From: Takakia lepidozioides
Lineage: Eukaryota > Plantae > Bryophyta
DNA length: 64,000 nucleotides
Direction: 5' to 3'
Assembly: GCA_030704615.1 (NCBI GenBank)
Contig: CM060734.1
Span: 27,032,001 to 27,096,000 of the forward strand
Shown here: positions 39,701 to 54,828 of the stretch, piece after piece
Layout: each line of letters opens with the position of its first letter
How positions within the stretch are numbered: the stretch's first letter is position 1
The notes under the pieces: generated by a model
What the model was told of the DNA's origin: nothing
Seen by the model: only the letters and a program-made list of their open reading frames with translations
The model's database searches: none
Made by a program: the position numbers and the translations under genes

Positions 39701-42700
39701 CCTTGTCACATGCTCCTCTCAAGTATGAGGTCAATCGAAATTGATTCAAAGGGTGAACCCATTGTTCGATGTTCAAATGAATTTTTGATTGCTTTCAATC
39801 TTTGCGAGTGTGTTGGACATACCTTGTCACATGCTCCTCTCAAGTATGAAGTCAATCAAAATTGATTGAAAGGGTGAACCCATCGTTCGATGTTCAAATG
39901 ATCTTTGATTGCTTTCAAACATTGCGAGTGTGTTGGACTTACCTTGTCAGAGGTACGTGTCGAGTATCAAGTCAATCGAAATTGATTCAAAGGGTGAACC
40001 CATCGTTCGATGTTCAAATGATTTTTGATTGCTTTCAATCTTTGCGAGTGTGTTGGACATACCTTGTCACATGCTCCTCTCAAGTATGAAGTCAATCAAA
40101 ATTGATTGAAAGGGTGAACCCATCGTTCGATGTTCAAATGATTTTTGATTGCTTTCAAACATTGCGAGTGTGTTGGACATACCTTGTCACATGCTCCTCT
40201 CAAGTATGAAGTCAATCAAAATTGATTGAAAGGGTGAACCCATCGTTCGATGTTCAAATGATTTTGATTGCTTTCAAACATTGCGAGTGTGTTGGACATA
40301 CCTTGTCAGAGGTACGTGTCAAGTATCAGTCAATCGAAATTGATTCAAAGGGTGAACCCATCGTTCGATGTTCAAATGAATTTTTGATTGCTTTCAATCT
40401 TTGCGAGTGTGTTGGACATACCTTGTCACATGCTCCTCTCAAGTATGAAGTCAATCAAAATTGATTGAAAGGGTGAACCCATCGTTCGATGTTCAAATGA
40501 TCTTTGATTGCTTTCAAACATTGCGAGTGTGTTGGACATACCTTGTCAGAGGTACGTGTCGAGTATCAGGTCAATCGAAATTGATTCAAAGGGTGAACCC
40601 ATCGTTCGATGTTCAAATGAATTTTTGATTGCTTTCAATCATTGCGAGTGTGTTGGACATACCTTGTCACATGCTCCTCTCAAGTATGAAGTCAATCAAA
40701 ATTGATTGAAAGGGTGAACCCATCGTTCGATGTTCAAATGATCTTTGATTGCTTTCAAACATTGCGAGTGTGTTGGACATACCTTGTCAGAGGTACGTGT
40801 CGAGTATCAGGTCAATCGAAATTGATTCAAAGGGTGAACCCATCGTTCGATGTTCAAATGAATTTTGATTGCTTTCAATCTTTGCGAGTGTGTTGGACAT
40901 ACCTTGTCACATGCTCCTCTCAAGTATGAAGTCAATCAAAATTGATTGAAAGGGTGAACCCATCGTTCGATGTTCAAATGATTTTTGATTGCTTTCAAAC
41001 ATTGCGAGTGTGTTGGACATACCTTGTCACATGCTCCTCTCAAGTATGAAGTCAATCAAAATTGATTGAAAGGGTGAACCCATCGTTCGATGTTCAAATG
41101 ATCTTTGATTGCTTTCAAACATTGCGAGTGTGTTGGACATACCTTGTCAGAGGTACGTGTCGAGTATCAGGTCAATCGAAATTGATTCAAAGGGTGAACC
41201 CATCGTTCGATGTTCAAATGAATTTTTGATTGCTTTCAATCTTTGCGAGTGTGTTGGACATACCTTGTCACATGCTCCTCTCAAGTATGAAGTCAATCAA
41301 AATTGATTGAAAGGGTGAACCCATCGTTCGATGTTCAAATGATTTTTGATTGCTTTCAAACATTGCGAGTGTGTTGGACATACCTTGTCACATGCTCCTC
41401 TCAAGTATGAAGTCAATCAAAATTGATTGAAAGGGTGAACCCATCGTTCGATGTTCAAATGATTTTGATTGCTTTCAAACATTGCGAGTGTGTTGGACAT
41501 ACCTTGTCAGAGGTACGTGTCAAGTATCAGTCAATCGAAATGGATTCAAAGGTGAACCCATCGTTCGATGTTCAAATGAATTTTTGATTGCTTTCAATCT
41601 TTGCGAGTGTGTTGGACATACCTTGTCACATGCTCCTCTCAAGTATGAAGTCAATCGAAATTGATTCAAAGGGTGAACCCATCGTTCGATGTTCAAATGA
41701 ATTTTTGATTGCTTTCAATCTTTGCGAGTGTGTTGGACATACCTTGTCACATGCTCCTCTCAAGTATGAAGTCAATCAAAATTGATTGAAAGGGTGAACC
41801 CATCGTTCGATGTTCAAATGAATTTTTGATTGCTTTCAAACATTGCGAGTGTGTTGGACATACCTTGTCAGAGGTACGTGTCGAGTATGAGGTCAATCGA
41901 AATTGATTCAAAGGGTGAACCCATCGTTCGATGTTCAAATGAATTTTTGATTGCTTTCAATCTTTGCGAGTGTGTTGGACATACCTTGTCACATGCTCCT
42001 CTCAAGTATGAAGTCAATCAAAATTGATTGAAAGGGTGAACCCATCGTTCGATGTTCAAATGATCTTTTGATTGCTTTCAAACATTGCGAGTGTGTTGGA
42101 CATACCTTGTCAGAGGTACGTGTCGAGTATCAGGTCAATCGAAATGATTCAAAGGGTGAACCCATCGTTCGATGTTCAAATGAATTTTTGATTGCTTTCA
42201 ATCTTTGCGAGTGTGTTGGACATACCTTGTCACATGCTCCTCTCAAGTATGACGTCAATCAAAATTGATTGAAAGGGTGAACCCATCGTTCGATGTTCAA
42301 ATGATTTTGATTGTTTCAATCTTTGCGAGTGTGTTGGACATACCTTGTCACATGCTCCTCTCAAGTATGAAGTCAATCAAAATTGATTGAAAGGGTGAAC
42401 CCATCGTTCGATGTTCAAATGATTTTTGATTGCTTTCAAACATTGCGAGTGTGTTGGACATTACCTTGTCAGAGGTACGTGTCAAGTATCATGTCAATCG
42501 AAATGGATTCAAAGGGTTGAACCCATCGTTCGATGTTCAAATGAATTTTGATTGCTTTCAATCTTTGCGAGTGTGTTGGACATACCTTGTCACATGCTCC
42601 TCTCAAGTATGAAGTCAATCAAAATTGATTGAAAGGGTGAACCCATCGTTCGATGTTCAAATGATCTTTGATTGCTTTCAAACATTGCGAGTGTGTTGGA

Positions 42701-45700
42701 CATACCTTGTCAGAGGTACGTGTCGAGTATCAGGTCAATCGAAATTGATTGAAAGGGTGAACCCATCGTTCGATGTTCAAATGAATTTTTGATTGCTTTC
42801 AATCTTTGCGAGTGTGTTGGACATACCTTGTCACATGCTCCTCTCAAGTATGAGGTCAATCGAAATTGATTCAAAGGGTGAACCCATCGTTCGATGTTCA
42901 AATGAATTTTTGATTGCTTTCAATCTTTGCGAGTGTGTTGGACATACCTTGTCACATGCTCCTCTCAAGTATGAAGTCAATCAAAATTGATTGAAAGGGT
43001 GAACCCATCGTTCGATGTTCAAATGATCTTTGATTGCTTTCAACATTGCGAGTGTGTTGGCCTACCTTGTCAGAGGTACGTGTCGAGTATCAGGTCAATC
43101 GAAATTGATTCAAAGGGTGAACCCATCGTTCGATGTTCAAATGAATTTTTGATTGCTTTCAATCTTTGCGAGTGTGTTGGACATACCTTGTCACATGCTC
43201 CTCTCAAGTATGAAGTCAATCAAAATTGATTGAAAGGGTGAACCCATCGTTCGATGTTCAAATGATTTTTGATTGCTTTCAAACATTGCGAGTGTGTTGG
43301 ACATACCTTGTCACATGCTCCTCTCAAGTATGAAGTCAATCAAAATTGATTGAAAGGGTGAACCATCGTTCGATGTTCAAATGATCTTTGATTGCTTTCA
43401 AACATTGCGAGTGTGTTGGACATACCTTGTCAGAGGTACGTGTCGAGTATCAGGTCAATCGAAATTGATTCAAAGGGTGAACCCATCGTTCGATGTTCAA
43501 ATGAATTTTTGATTGCTTTCAATCTTTGCGAGTGTGTTGGACATACCTTGTCACATGCTCCTCTCAAGTATGAAGTCAATCAAAATTGATTGAAAGGGTG
43601 AACCATCGTTCGATGTTCAAATGATCTTTGATTGCTTTCAAACATTGCGAGTGTGTTGGACATACCTTGTCAGAGGTACGTGTCAAGTATCAGGTCAATC
43701 GAAATTGATTCAAAGGGTGAACCCATCGTTCGATGTTCAAATGAATTTTGATTGCTTTCAATTTGCGAGTGTGTTGGACATACCTTGTCACATGCTCCTC
43801 TCAAGTATGAAGTCAATCAAAATTGATTGAAAGGGTGAACCCATCGTTCGATGTTCAAATGATTTTGATTGCTTTCAAACATTGCGAGTGTGTTGGACAT
43901 ACCTTGTCACATGCTCCTCTCAAGTATGAAGTCAATCAAAATTGATTGAAAGGGTGAACCCATCGTTCGATGTTCAAATGATCTTTGATTGCTTTCAAAC
44001 ATGGCGAGTGTGTTGGACATACCTTGTCAGAGGTACGTGTCAAGTATCATGTCAATCGAAATTGATTCAAAGGTGAACCCATCGTTCGATGTTCAAATGA
44101 ATTTTTGATTGCTTTCAATCTTTGCGAGTGTGTTGGACATACCTTGTCAATGCTCCTCTCAAGTATGAGGTCAATCGAAATTGATTCAAAGGGTGAACCA
44201 TCGTTCGATGTTCAAATGAATTTTTGATTGCTTTCAATCTTTGCGAGTGTGTTGGACATACCTTGTCACATGCTCCTCTCAAGTATGAAGTCAATCAAAA
44301 TTGATTGAAAGGGTGAACCCATCAATCGATGTTCAAATGAATTTTTGATTGCTTTCAAACATTGCGAGTGTGTTGGACTTACCTTGTCAGAGGTACGTGT
44401 CGAGTATGAGGTCAATCGAAATTGATTCAAAGGGTGAACCCATCGTTCGATGTTCAAATGAATTTTTGATTGCTTTCAATCTTTGCGAGTGTGTTGGACA
44501 TACCTTGTCACATGCTCCTCTCAAGTATGAAGTCAATCAAAATTGATTGAAAGGGTGAACCCATCGTTCGATGTTCAAATGATCTTTGATTGCTTTCAAA
44601 CATGGCGAGTGTGTTGGACATACCTTGTCAGAGGTACGTGTCGAGTATCATGTCAATCGAAATTGATTCAAAGGGTGAACCCATCGTTCGATGTTCAAAT
44701 GAATTTTTGATTGCTTTCAATCTTTGCGAGTGTGTTGGACATACCTTGTCACATGCTCCTCTCAAGTATGAAGTCAATCAAAATTGATTGAAAGGGTGAA
44801 ACCATCGTTCGATGTTCAAATGATTTTTGATTGCTTTCAATCTTTGCGAGTGTGTTGGACATACCTTGTCACATGCTCCTCTCAAGTATGAAGTCAATCA
44901 GAATTGATTGAAAGGGTGAACCCATCGTTCGATGTTCAAATGAATTTTGATTGCTTTCAAATTGCGAGTGTGTTGGACATACCTTGTCAGAGGTACGTGT
45001 CAAGTATCATGTCAATCGAAATGGATTCAAAGGTTGAACCCATCGTTCGATGTTCAAATGAATTTTTGATTGCTTTCAATCTTTGCGAGTGTGTTGGACA
45101 TACCTTGTCACATGCTCCTCTCAAGTATGAAGTCAATCAAAATTGATTGAAAGGGTGAACCCATCGTTCGATGTTCAAATGATCTTTGATTGCTTCCAAA
45201 CATGCGAGTGTGTTGGACATACCTTGTCAGAGGTACGTGTCGAGTATCAGGTCAATCGAAATTGATTGAAAGGGTGAACCCATCGTTCGATGTTCAAATG
45301 AATTTTTGATTGCTTTCAATCTTTGCGAGTGTGTTGGACATACCTTGTCACATGCTCCTCTCAAGTATGAGGTCAATCGAAATTGATTCAAAGGGTGAAC
45401 CCATCGTTCGATGTTCAAATGAATTTTTGATTGCTTTCAATCTTTGCGAGTGTGTTGGACATACCTTGTCACATGCTCCTCTCAAGTATGAAGTCAATCA
45501 AAATTGATTGAAAGGGTGAACCCATCGTTCGATGTTCAAATGATCTTTGATTGCTTTCAAACATTGCGAGTGTGTTGGGACTTACCTTGTCAGAGGTACG
45601 TGTCGAGTATCAGTCAATCGAAATTGATTCAAAGGGTGAACCCATCGTTCGATGTTCAAATGATTTTTGATTGCTTTCAATCTTTGCGAGTGTGTTGGAC

Positions 45701-48700
45701 ATACCTTGTCACATGCTCCTCTCAAGTATGAAGTCAATCAAAATTGATTGAAAGGGTGAACCCATCGTTCGATGTTCAAATGATCTTTGATTGCTTTCAA
45801 ACATGCGAGTGTGTTGGACATACTTGTCAGAGGTACGTGTGAGTATCAGGTCAATCGAAATTGATTGAAAGGGTGAAACCATCGTTCGATGTTCAAATGA
45901 ATTTTGATTGCTTTCAATCTTTGCGAGTGTGTTGGACATACCTTGTCACATGCTCCTCTCAAGTATGAAGTCAATCGAATTGATTGAAAGGGTGAACCCA
46001 TCGTTCGATGTTCAAATGAATTTTGATTGCTTTCAATCTTGCGAGTGTGTTGGACATACCTTGTCACATGCTCCTCTCAAGTATGAAGTCAAAAAATTGA
46101 TTGAAAGGGTGAACCCATCGTTCGATGTTCAAATGATCTTTTGATTGCTTTCAAACATTGCGAGTGTGTTGGACATACCTTGTCACATGCTCCTCTCAAG
46201 TATGAAGTCAATCAAATTGATTGAAAGGGTGAACCCATCGTTCGATGTTCAAATGATCTTTGATTGCTTTCAAACATTGCGAGTGTGTTGGACATACCTT
46301 GTCAGAGGTACGTGTCAAGTATCAGTCAATCGAAATTGATTCAAAGGGTGAACCCATCGTTCGATGTTCAAATGAATTTTTGATTGCTTTCAATCTTTGC
46401 GAGTGTGTTGGACATACCTTGTCAGATGCTCCTCTCAAGTATGAAGTCAATCGAAATTGATGAAAAGGGTGAACCCATCGTTCGATGTTCAAATGAATTT
46501 TTGATTGCTTTCAATCTTTGCGAGTGTGTTGGACATACCTTGTCACATGCTCCTCTCAAGTATGAAGTCAATCAAAATTGATTGAAAGGGTGAACCCATC
46601 GTTCGATGTTCAAATGATTTTGATTGCTTTCAAACATGCGAGTGTGTGTTGACATACCTTGTCAGAGGTACGTGTCGAGTATGAGGTCAATCGAAATTGA
46701 TTCAAAGGGTGAACCCATCGTTCGATGTTCAAATGAATTTTTGATTGCTTTCAATCTTTGCGAGTGTGTTGGACATACCTTGTCACATGCTCCTCTCAAG
46801 TATGAAGTCAATCAAAATTGATTGAAAGGGTGAACCCATCGTTCGATGTTCAAATGATCTTGATTGCTTTCAAACATTGCGAGTGTGTTGGACATACCTT
46901 GTCAGAGGTACGTGTCGAGTATCATGTCAATCGAAATGGATTCAAAGGGTGAACCCATCGTTCGATGTTCAAATGAATTTTGATTGCTTTCAATCTTTGC
47001 GAGTGTGTTGGACATACCTTGTCACATGCTCCTCTCAAGTATGAAGTCAATCAAAATAGATTGAAAGGGTGAACCCATCGTTCGATGTTCAAATGATTTT
47101 TGATTGTTTTCAATCTTTGCGAGTGTGTTGGACATACCTTGTCACATGCTCCTCTCAAGTATGAAGTCAATCAAAATTGATTGAAAGGGTGAACCCATCG
47201 TTCGATGTTCAAATCAATTTTTGATTGCTTTCAAACATTGCGAGTGTGTTGGACTACCTTGTCAGAGGTTGGTACGTGTCAAGTATATGTCAATCGAAAT
47301 TGATTCAAAGGGTGAACCCATCGTTCGATGTTCAAATGATTTTGATTGCTTTCAATCTTTGCGAGTGTGTTGGACATACCTTGTCACATACTCCTCTCAA
47401 GTATGAAGTCAATCAAAATTGATTGAAAGGGTGAACCCATCGTTCGATGTTCAAATGATCTTTGATTGCTTTCAAACATTGCGAGTGTGTTGGACATACC
47501 TTGTCAGAGGTACGTGTCAAGTATCAGGTCAATCGAAATTGATTGAAAGGGTGAACCCATCGTTCGATGTTCAAATGAATTTTTGATTGCTTCAATCTTT
47601 GCGAGTGTGTTGGACATACCTTGTCACATGTCCTCTCAAGTATGAGGTCAATCGAAATTGATTCAAAGGGTGAACCCATCGTTCGATGTTCAAATGAATT
47701 TTGATTGCTTTCAATCTTTGCGAGTGTGTTGGACATACTTGTCACATGCTCCTCTCAAGTATGAAGTCAATCAAAATTGATTGAAAGGGTGAACGCATCG
47801 TTCGATGTTCAAATGATCTTTGATTGCTTTCAAACATTGCGAGTGTGTGGCCTTACCTTGTCAGAGGTACGTGTCGAGTATCAGGTCAATCGAAATTGAT
47901 TCAAAGGGTGAACCCATCGTTCGATATTCAAATGAATTTTTGATTGCTTTCAATCTTGCGAGTGTGTTGGACATACCTTGTCACATGCTCCTCTCAAGTA
48001 TGAAGTCAATCAAATTGATTGAAAGGGTGAACCCATCGTTCGATGTTCAAATGATCTTTGATTCTTTCAAACATTGCGAGTGTGTTGGACATACCTTGTC
48101 ACAGCTACGTCTCAAGTATGAAGTCAATCGAAATTGATTGAAAGGGTGAACCCATCGTTCGATGTTCAAATGATTTTTGATTGCTTTCAAACTTTGCGAG
48201 TGTGTTGGACATACCTTGTCAGAGGCTACGTCCAAGTATCAGAGTCAATCGAAATTGATTCAAAGGGTGAACCCATCGTTCGATGTTCAAATGAATTTTT
48301 GATTGCTTTCAATCTTTGCGAGTGTGTTGGACATACCTTGTCACATGCTCCTCTCAAGTATGAAGTCAATCAAAATTGATTGAAAGGGTGAACCCATCGT
48401 TCGATGTTCAAATGATTTTGATTGCTTTCAAACATTGCGAGTGTGTTGGCATACCTTGTCAGAGGTACGTGTCGAGTATCAGGTCAATCGAAATTGATTC
48501 AAAGGGTGAACCCATCGTTCGATGTTCAAATGAATTTTTGATTGCTTTCAATCTTTGCGAGTGTGTTGGACATACCTTGTCACATGCTCCTCTCAAGTAT
48601 GAAGTCAATCAAAATTGATTGAAAGGGTGAACCCATCGTTCGATGTTCAAATGATTTTTGATTGCTTCAAACATTGCGAGTGTGTTGGACATACCTTGTC

Positions 48701-51700
48701 ACATGCTCCTCTCAAGTATGAAGTCAATCAAATTGATTGAAAGGGTGAACCCATCGTTCGATGTTCAAATGATCTTTGATTGCTTTCAAACATTGCGAGT
48801 GTGTTGGACATACCTTGTCAGAGGTACGTGTCGAGTATCAGGTCAATCGAAATTGATTCAAAGGGTGAACCCATCGTTCGATGTTCAAATGAATTTTTGA
48901 TTGCTTTCAATCTTTGCGAGTGTGTTGGACATACCTTGTCACATGCTCTCAAGTATGAAGTCAATCAAAATTGATTGAAAGGGTGAACCATCGTTCGATG
49001 TTCAAATGATCTTTGATTGCTTCACAAACATTGCGAGTGTGTGGACATACCTTGTCAGAGGTACGTGTCGAGTATCAGGTCAATCGAATTGATTCAAAAG
49101 GGTGAACCCATCGTTCGATGTTCAAATGAATTTTGATTGCTTTCAATCTTTGCGAGTGTGTTGGACATACCTTGTCACATGCTCCTCTCAAGTATGAAGT
49201 CAATCAAAATTGATTGAAAGGGTGAAACCATCGTTCGATGTTCAAATGATTTTTTTGATTGCTTTCCATCTTTGCGAGTGATGTTGGACATAACTTGTCA
49301 CATGCTCCTCTCAAGTATGAAGTCAATGAAATTGATTGAAAGGGTGAACCATCGTTCGATGTTCAAATGATCTTTGATTGCTTTCAAACATTGCGAGTGG
49401 TTGGACTTACCTTGTCAGAGGTACGTGTCAAGTATAAGGTCAATCGAAATTGATTCAAAGGGTGAACCCATCGTTCGATGTTCAAATGAATTTTTGATTG
49501 CTTTCAATCTTTGCGAGTGTGTTGGACATACCTTGTCACATGCTCCTCTCAAGTATGAAGTCAATCAAAATTGATTGAAAGGGTGAACCCATCGTTCGAT
49601 GTTCAAATGATCTTTGATTGCTTTCAAACATTGCGAGTGTGTTGGACATACCTTGTCAGAGGTACGTGTCGAGTATCAGGTCAATCGAAATTGATTCAAA
49701 GGGTGAACCCATCGTTCGATGTTCAAATGAATTTTTGATTGCTTTCAATCTTTGCGAGTGTGTTGGACATACCTTGTCACATGCTCCTCTCAGTATGAAG
49801 TCAATCGAAATTGATTCAAAGGGTGAACCCATCGTTCGATGTTCAAATGATTTTTGATTGCTTTCAATCTTTGCGAGTGTGTTGGACATACCTTGTCACA
49901 TGCTCCTCTCAAATCAAAATCATTGATTGAAAGGGTGAACCCATCGTTCGATGTTCAAATGAATTTTTGATTGCTTTCAAACATTGCGAGTGTGTTGGAC
50001 TACCTTGTCAGAGGTACGTGTCGAGTATGAGGTCAATCGAAATTGATTCAAAGGGTGAACCCATCGTTCGATGTTCAAATGAATTTTTGATTGCTTTCAA
50101 TCTTTGCGAGTGTGTTGGACATACCTTGTCACATGCTCCTCTCAAGTATGAAGTCAATCAAATTGATTGAAAGGGTGAACCATCGTTCGATGTTCAAATG
50201 ATTTTTGATTGCTTTCAAACTTTGCGAGTGTGTTGGACATACCTTGTCACATGCTCCTCTCAAGTATGAAGTCAATCAAAATTGATTGAAAGGTGAACCC
50301 ATCGTTCGATGTTCAAATGAATTTTGATTGCTTTCAAACATGCGAGTGTGTTGGACATACCTTGTCAGAGGTACGTGTCGAGTATCATGTCAATCGAAAA
50401 TGATTCAAAGGGTGAACCCATCGTTCGATGTTCAAATGAATTTTTGATTGCTTTCAATCTTTGCGAGTGTGTTGGACATACCTTGTCACATGCTCCTCTC
50501 AAGTATGAAGTCAATCAAAATTGATTGAAAGGGTGAACCCATCGTTCGATGTTCAAATGATTTTTGATTGCTTTCAATATTTGCGAGTGTGTTGGACATA
50601 CCTTGTCACATGCTCCTCTCAAGTATGAAGTCAATCAAAATTGATTGAAAGGGTGAACCCATCGTTCGATGTTCAAATGAATTTTTGATTGCTTTCAAAC
50701 ATTGCGAGTGTGTTGGACATACCTTGTCAGAGGTACTGTCAAGTATCAGGTCAATCGAAATTGATTGAAAGGGTGAACCCATCGTTCGATGTTCAAATGA
50801 ATTTTTGATTGCTTTCAATCTTTGCGAGTGTGTTGGACATACCTTGTCACATGCTCCTCTCAAGTATGAATCAATCAAAATTGATTGAAGGGTGAACCCA
50901 TCGTTCGATGTTCAATGATTTTTGATTGCTTTCAAACATTGCGAGTGTGTTGGACATACCTTGTCACATGCTCCTCTCAAGTATGAAGTCAATCAAATTG
51001 ATTGAAAGGGTGAACCCATCGTTCGATGTTCAAATGAATTTTTGATTGCTTTCAAACATTGCGAGTGTGTTGGACATACCTTGTCAGAGGTACGTGTCAA
51101 GTATTGAGGTCAATCGAAATTGATTCAAAGGGTGAACCCCATCGTCGATGTTCAAATGAATTTTTGATTGCTTTCAAATCTTTGCGAGTGTGTTGGACAT
51201 ACCTTGTCACATGCTCCTCTCAAGTATGAAGTCAATCAAAATTGATTGAAAGGGTGAACCCTCGTTCGATGTTCAAATGATCTTTGATTGCTTTCAAACA
51301 TTGCGAGTGTGTTGGACATACCTTGTCAGAGGTACGTGTCGAGTATCAGCCAATCGAAATTGATTCAAAGGGTGAACCCATCGTTCGATGTTCAAATGAA
51401 TTTTTGATTGCTTCAATCTTTGCGAGTGTGTTGGACATACCTTGTCACATGCTCCTCTCAAGTATGAAGTCAATCAAATTGATTGAAAGGGTGAACCCAT
51501 CGTTCGATGTTCAAATGATTTTGATTGCTTTCAACATTGCGAGTGTGTTGGACATACCTTGTCACATGCTCCTCTCAAGTATGAAGTCAATCGAAATTGA
51601 TTGAAAGGGTGAACCATCGTTCGATGTTCAAATGAATTTTTGATTGCTTTCAAACATTGCGAGTGTGTTGGACATACCTTGTCACATGTCCTCTCAAGTA

Positions 51701-53515
51701 TGAAGTCAATCAAAAATTGATTGAAAGGGTGAACCCATCGTTCGATGTTCAAATGATCTTTGATTGCTTTCAAACATTGCGAGTGTGTTGGACATACCTT
51801 GTCAGAGGTACGTGTCAGTATCAAGTCAATCGAAATTGATTCAAAGGGTGAACCCATCGTTCGATGTTCAAATGAATTTTTGATTGCTTTCAATCTTTGC
51901 GAGTGTGTTGGACATACCTTGTCACATGCTCCTCTCAAGTATGAAGTCAATCAAAATTGATTGAAAGGGTGAACCATCGTTCGATGTTCAAATGATCTTT
52001 GATTGCTTTCAAACATTGCGAGTGTGTTGGACATACCTTGTCAGAGGTACGTGTCAAGTATCAAGTCAATCGAATTGATTCAAAGGGTGAACCCATCGTT
52101 CGATGTTCAAATGAATTTTGATTGCTTTCAATCTTTGCGAGTGTGTTGGACATACCTTGTCACATGCTCCTCTCAAGTATGAAGTCAATCGAAATTGATT
52201 GAAAGGGTGAACCCATCGTTCGATGTTCAAATGAAATTTTGATTGCTTTCAATCTTTGCGAGTGTGTTGGACATACCTTGTCACATGCTCCTCTCAGTCA
52301 AAATTGATTGAAAGGGTGAACCCATCGTTCGATGTTCAAATGAATTTTTGATTGCTTTCAAACATTGCGAGTGTGTTGGACATACCTTGTCAGAGGTACG
52401 TGTCGAGTATCAGGTCAATCGAAATTGATTCAAAGGTGAACCCATCGTTCGATGTTCAAATGAATTTTGATTGCTTTCAATCATTGCGAGTGTGTTGGAC
52501 ATACCTTGTCACAGGCTACTGTCAAGTATCAGGTCAATCGAATTGATTCAAAGGGTGAACCCATCGTTCGATGTTCAAATGAATTTTTGATTGCTTTCAA
52601 TCTTTGCGAGTGTGTTGGACATACCTTGTCACATGCTCCTCTCAAGTATGAAGTCAATCAAAATTGATTGAAAGGGTGAACCCATCGTTCGATGTTCAAA
52701 TGATTTTTGATTGCTTTCAAACATTGCGAGTGTGTTGGACATACCTTGTCACATGCTCCTCTCAAGTATGAAGTCAATCAAAATTGATTGAAAGGGTGAA
52801 CCCATCGTTCGATGTTCAAATGATTTTTGATTGCTTTCAAACATTGCGAGTGTGTTTGGACATACCTTGTCAGAGGTACGTGTCAAGTATGAGTCAATCG
52901 AAATGATTCAAAGGGTGAACCCATCGTTCGATGTTCAAATGAATTTTTGATTGCTTTCAATCTTTGCGAGTGTGTTGGACATACCTTGTCACATGCTCCT
53001 CTCAAGTATGAAGTCAATCAAAATTGATTGAAAGGGTGAACCCATCGTTCGATGTTCAAATGATTTTTGATTGCTTTCAAATCTTTGCGAGTGTGTTGGA
53101 CATACCTTGTCACATGCTCCTCTCAAGTATGAAGTCAATCAAAATTGATTGAAAGGGTGAACCCATCGTTCGATGTTCAAATGATCTTTGATTGCTTTCA
53201 AACATTGCGAGTGTGTTGGACATACCTTGTCAGAGGTACGTGTCGAGTATCAGGTCAATCGAAATTGATTCAAAGGGTGAACCCATCGTTCGATGTTCAA
53301 ATGAATTTTTGATTGCTTTCAATCTTTGCGAGTGTGTTGGACATACCTTGTCACATGCTCCTCTCAAGTATGAGTCAATCGAAATTGATTCAAAGGGTGA
53401 ACCCATCGTTCGATGTTCAAATGAATTTTTGATTGCTTTCAATCTTTGCGAGTGTGTTGGACATACCTTGTCACATGCTCCTCTCAAGTATGAAGTCAAT
53501 CAAAATTGATTGAAA

Positions 53516-54828
53516 GGGTGAACCCATCGTTCGATGTTCAAATGAATTTTTGATTGCTTTCAAACATTGCGAGTGTGTTGGACTTACCTTGTCAGAGGTA
53601 CGTGTCGAGTATGAGGTCAATCAAAATTGATTCAAAGGGTGAACCCATCGTTCGATGTTCAAATGAACTTTTGATTGCTTTCAATCTTTGCGAGTGTGTT
53701 GGACATACCTTGTCACATGCTCCTCTCAAGTATGAAGTCAATCAAAATTGATTGAAAGGGTGAACCCATCGTTCGATGTTCAAATGATTTTTGATTGCTT
53801 TCAAACATTGCGAGTGTGTTGGACTTACCTTGTCAGAGGTACGTGTCGAGTATCAGGTCAATCGAAATTGATTCAAAGGGTGAACCCATCGTTCGATGTT
53901 CAAATGAATTTTTGATTGCTTTCAATCTTTGCGAGTGTGTTGGACATACCTTGTCACATGCTCCTCTCAAGTATGAAGTCAATCAAAATTGATTGAAAGG
54001 GTGAACCCATCGTTCGATGTTCAAATGATTTTTGATTGCTTTCAAACATTGCGAGTGTGTTGGACATACCTTGTCACATGCTCCTCTCAAGTATGAAGTC
54101 AATCAGAATTGATTGAAAGGGTGAACCCATCGTTCGATGTTCCAATGAATTTTTGATTGCTTTCAATCATTGCGAGTGTGTTGGACATACCTTGTCACAT
54201 GCTCCTCTCAAGTATGAAGTCAATCAAAATTGATTGAAAGGGTGAACCCATCGTTCGATGTTCAAATGATCTTTGATTGCTTTCAAACATTGCGAGTGTG
54301 TTGGACATACCTTGTCAGAGGTACGTGTCAAGTATCATGTCAATCGAAATGGATTCAAAGGGTGAACCCATCGTTCGATGTTCAAATGAATTTTGATTGC
54401 TTTCAATCTTTGCGAGTGTGTTGGACATACCTTGTCACATGCTCCTCTCAAGTATGAAGTCAATCAAAATTGATTGAAAGGGTGAACCCATCGTTCGATG
54501 TTCAAATGATCTTTGATTGCTTTCAAACATTGCGAGTGTGTTGGACATACCTTGTCAGAGGTACGTGTCGAGTATCAGGTCAATCGAATTGATTCAAAGG
54601 GTGAACCCATCGTTCGATGTTCAAATGAATTTTTGATTGCTTTCAATCTTTGCGAGTGTGTTGGACATACCTTGTCACATGCTCCTCTCAAGTATGAGGT
54701 CAATCGAAATTGATTCAAAGGGTGAACCCATTGTTCGATGTTCAAATGAATTTTTGATTGCTTTCAATCTTTGCGAGTGTGTTGGACATACCTTGTCACA
54801 TGCTCCTCTCAATCAAAATGGATTGAAA
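53516..54828 (+). repeat. 11-monomer higher-order repeat copy ending in a 12-bp-deleted monomer
   Basis: Same order. GGACTT in unit 1, TCAGAATT in unit 5, ATGGATTC in unit 7, CTCTCAATCAAAATGG in unit 11. Confidence 0.75.
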
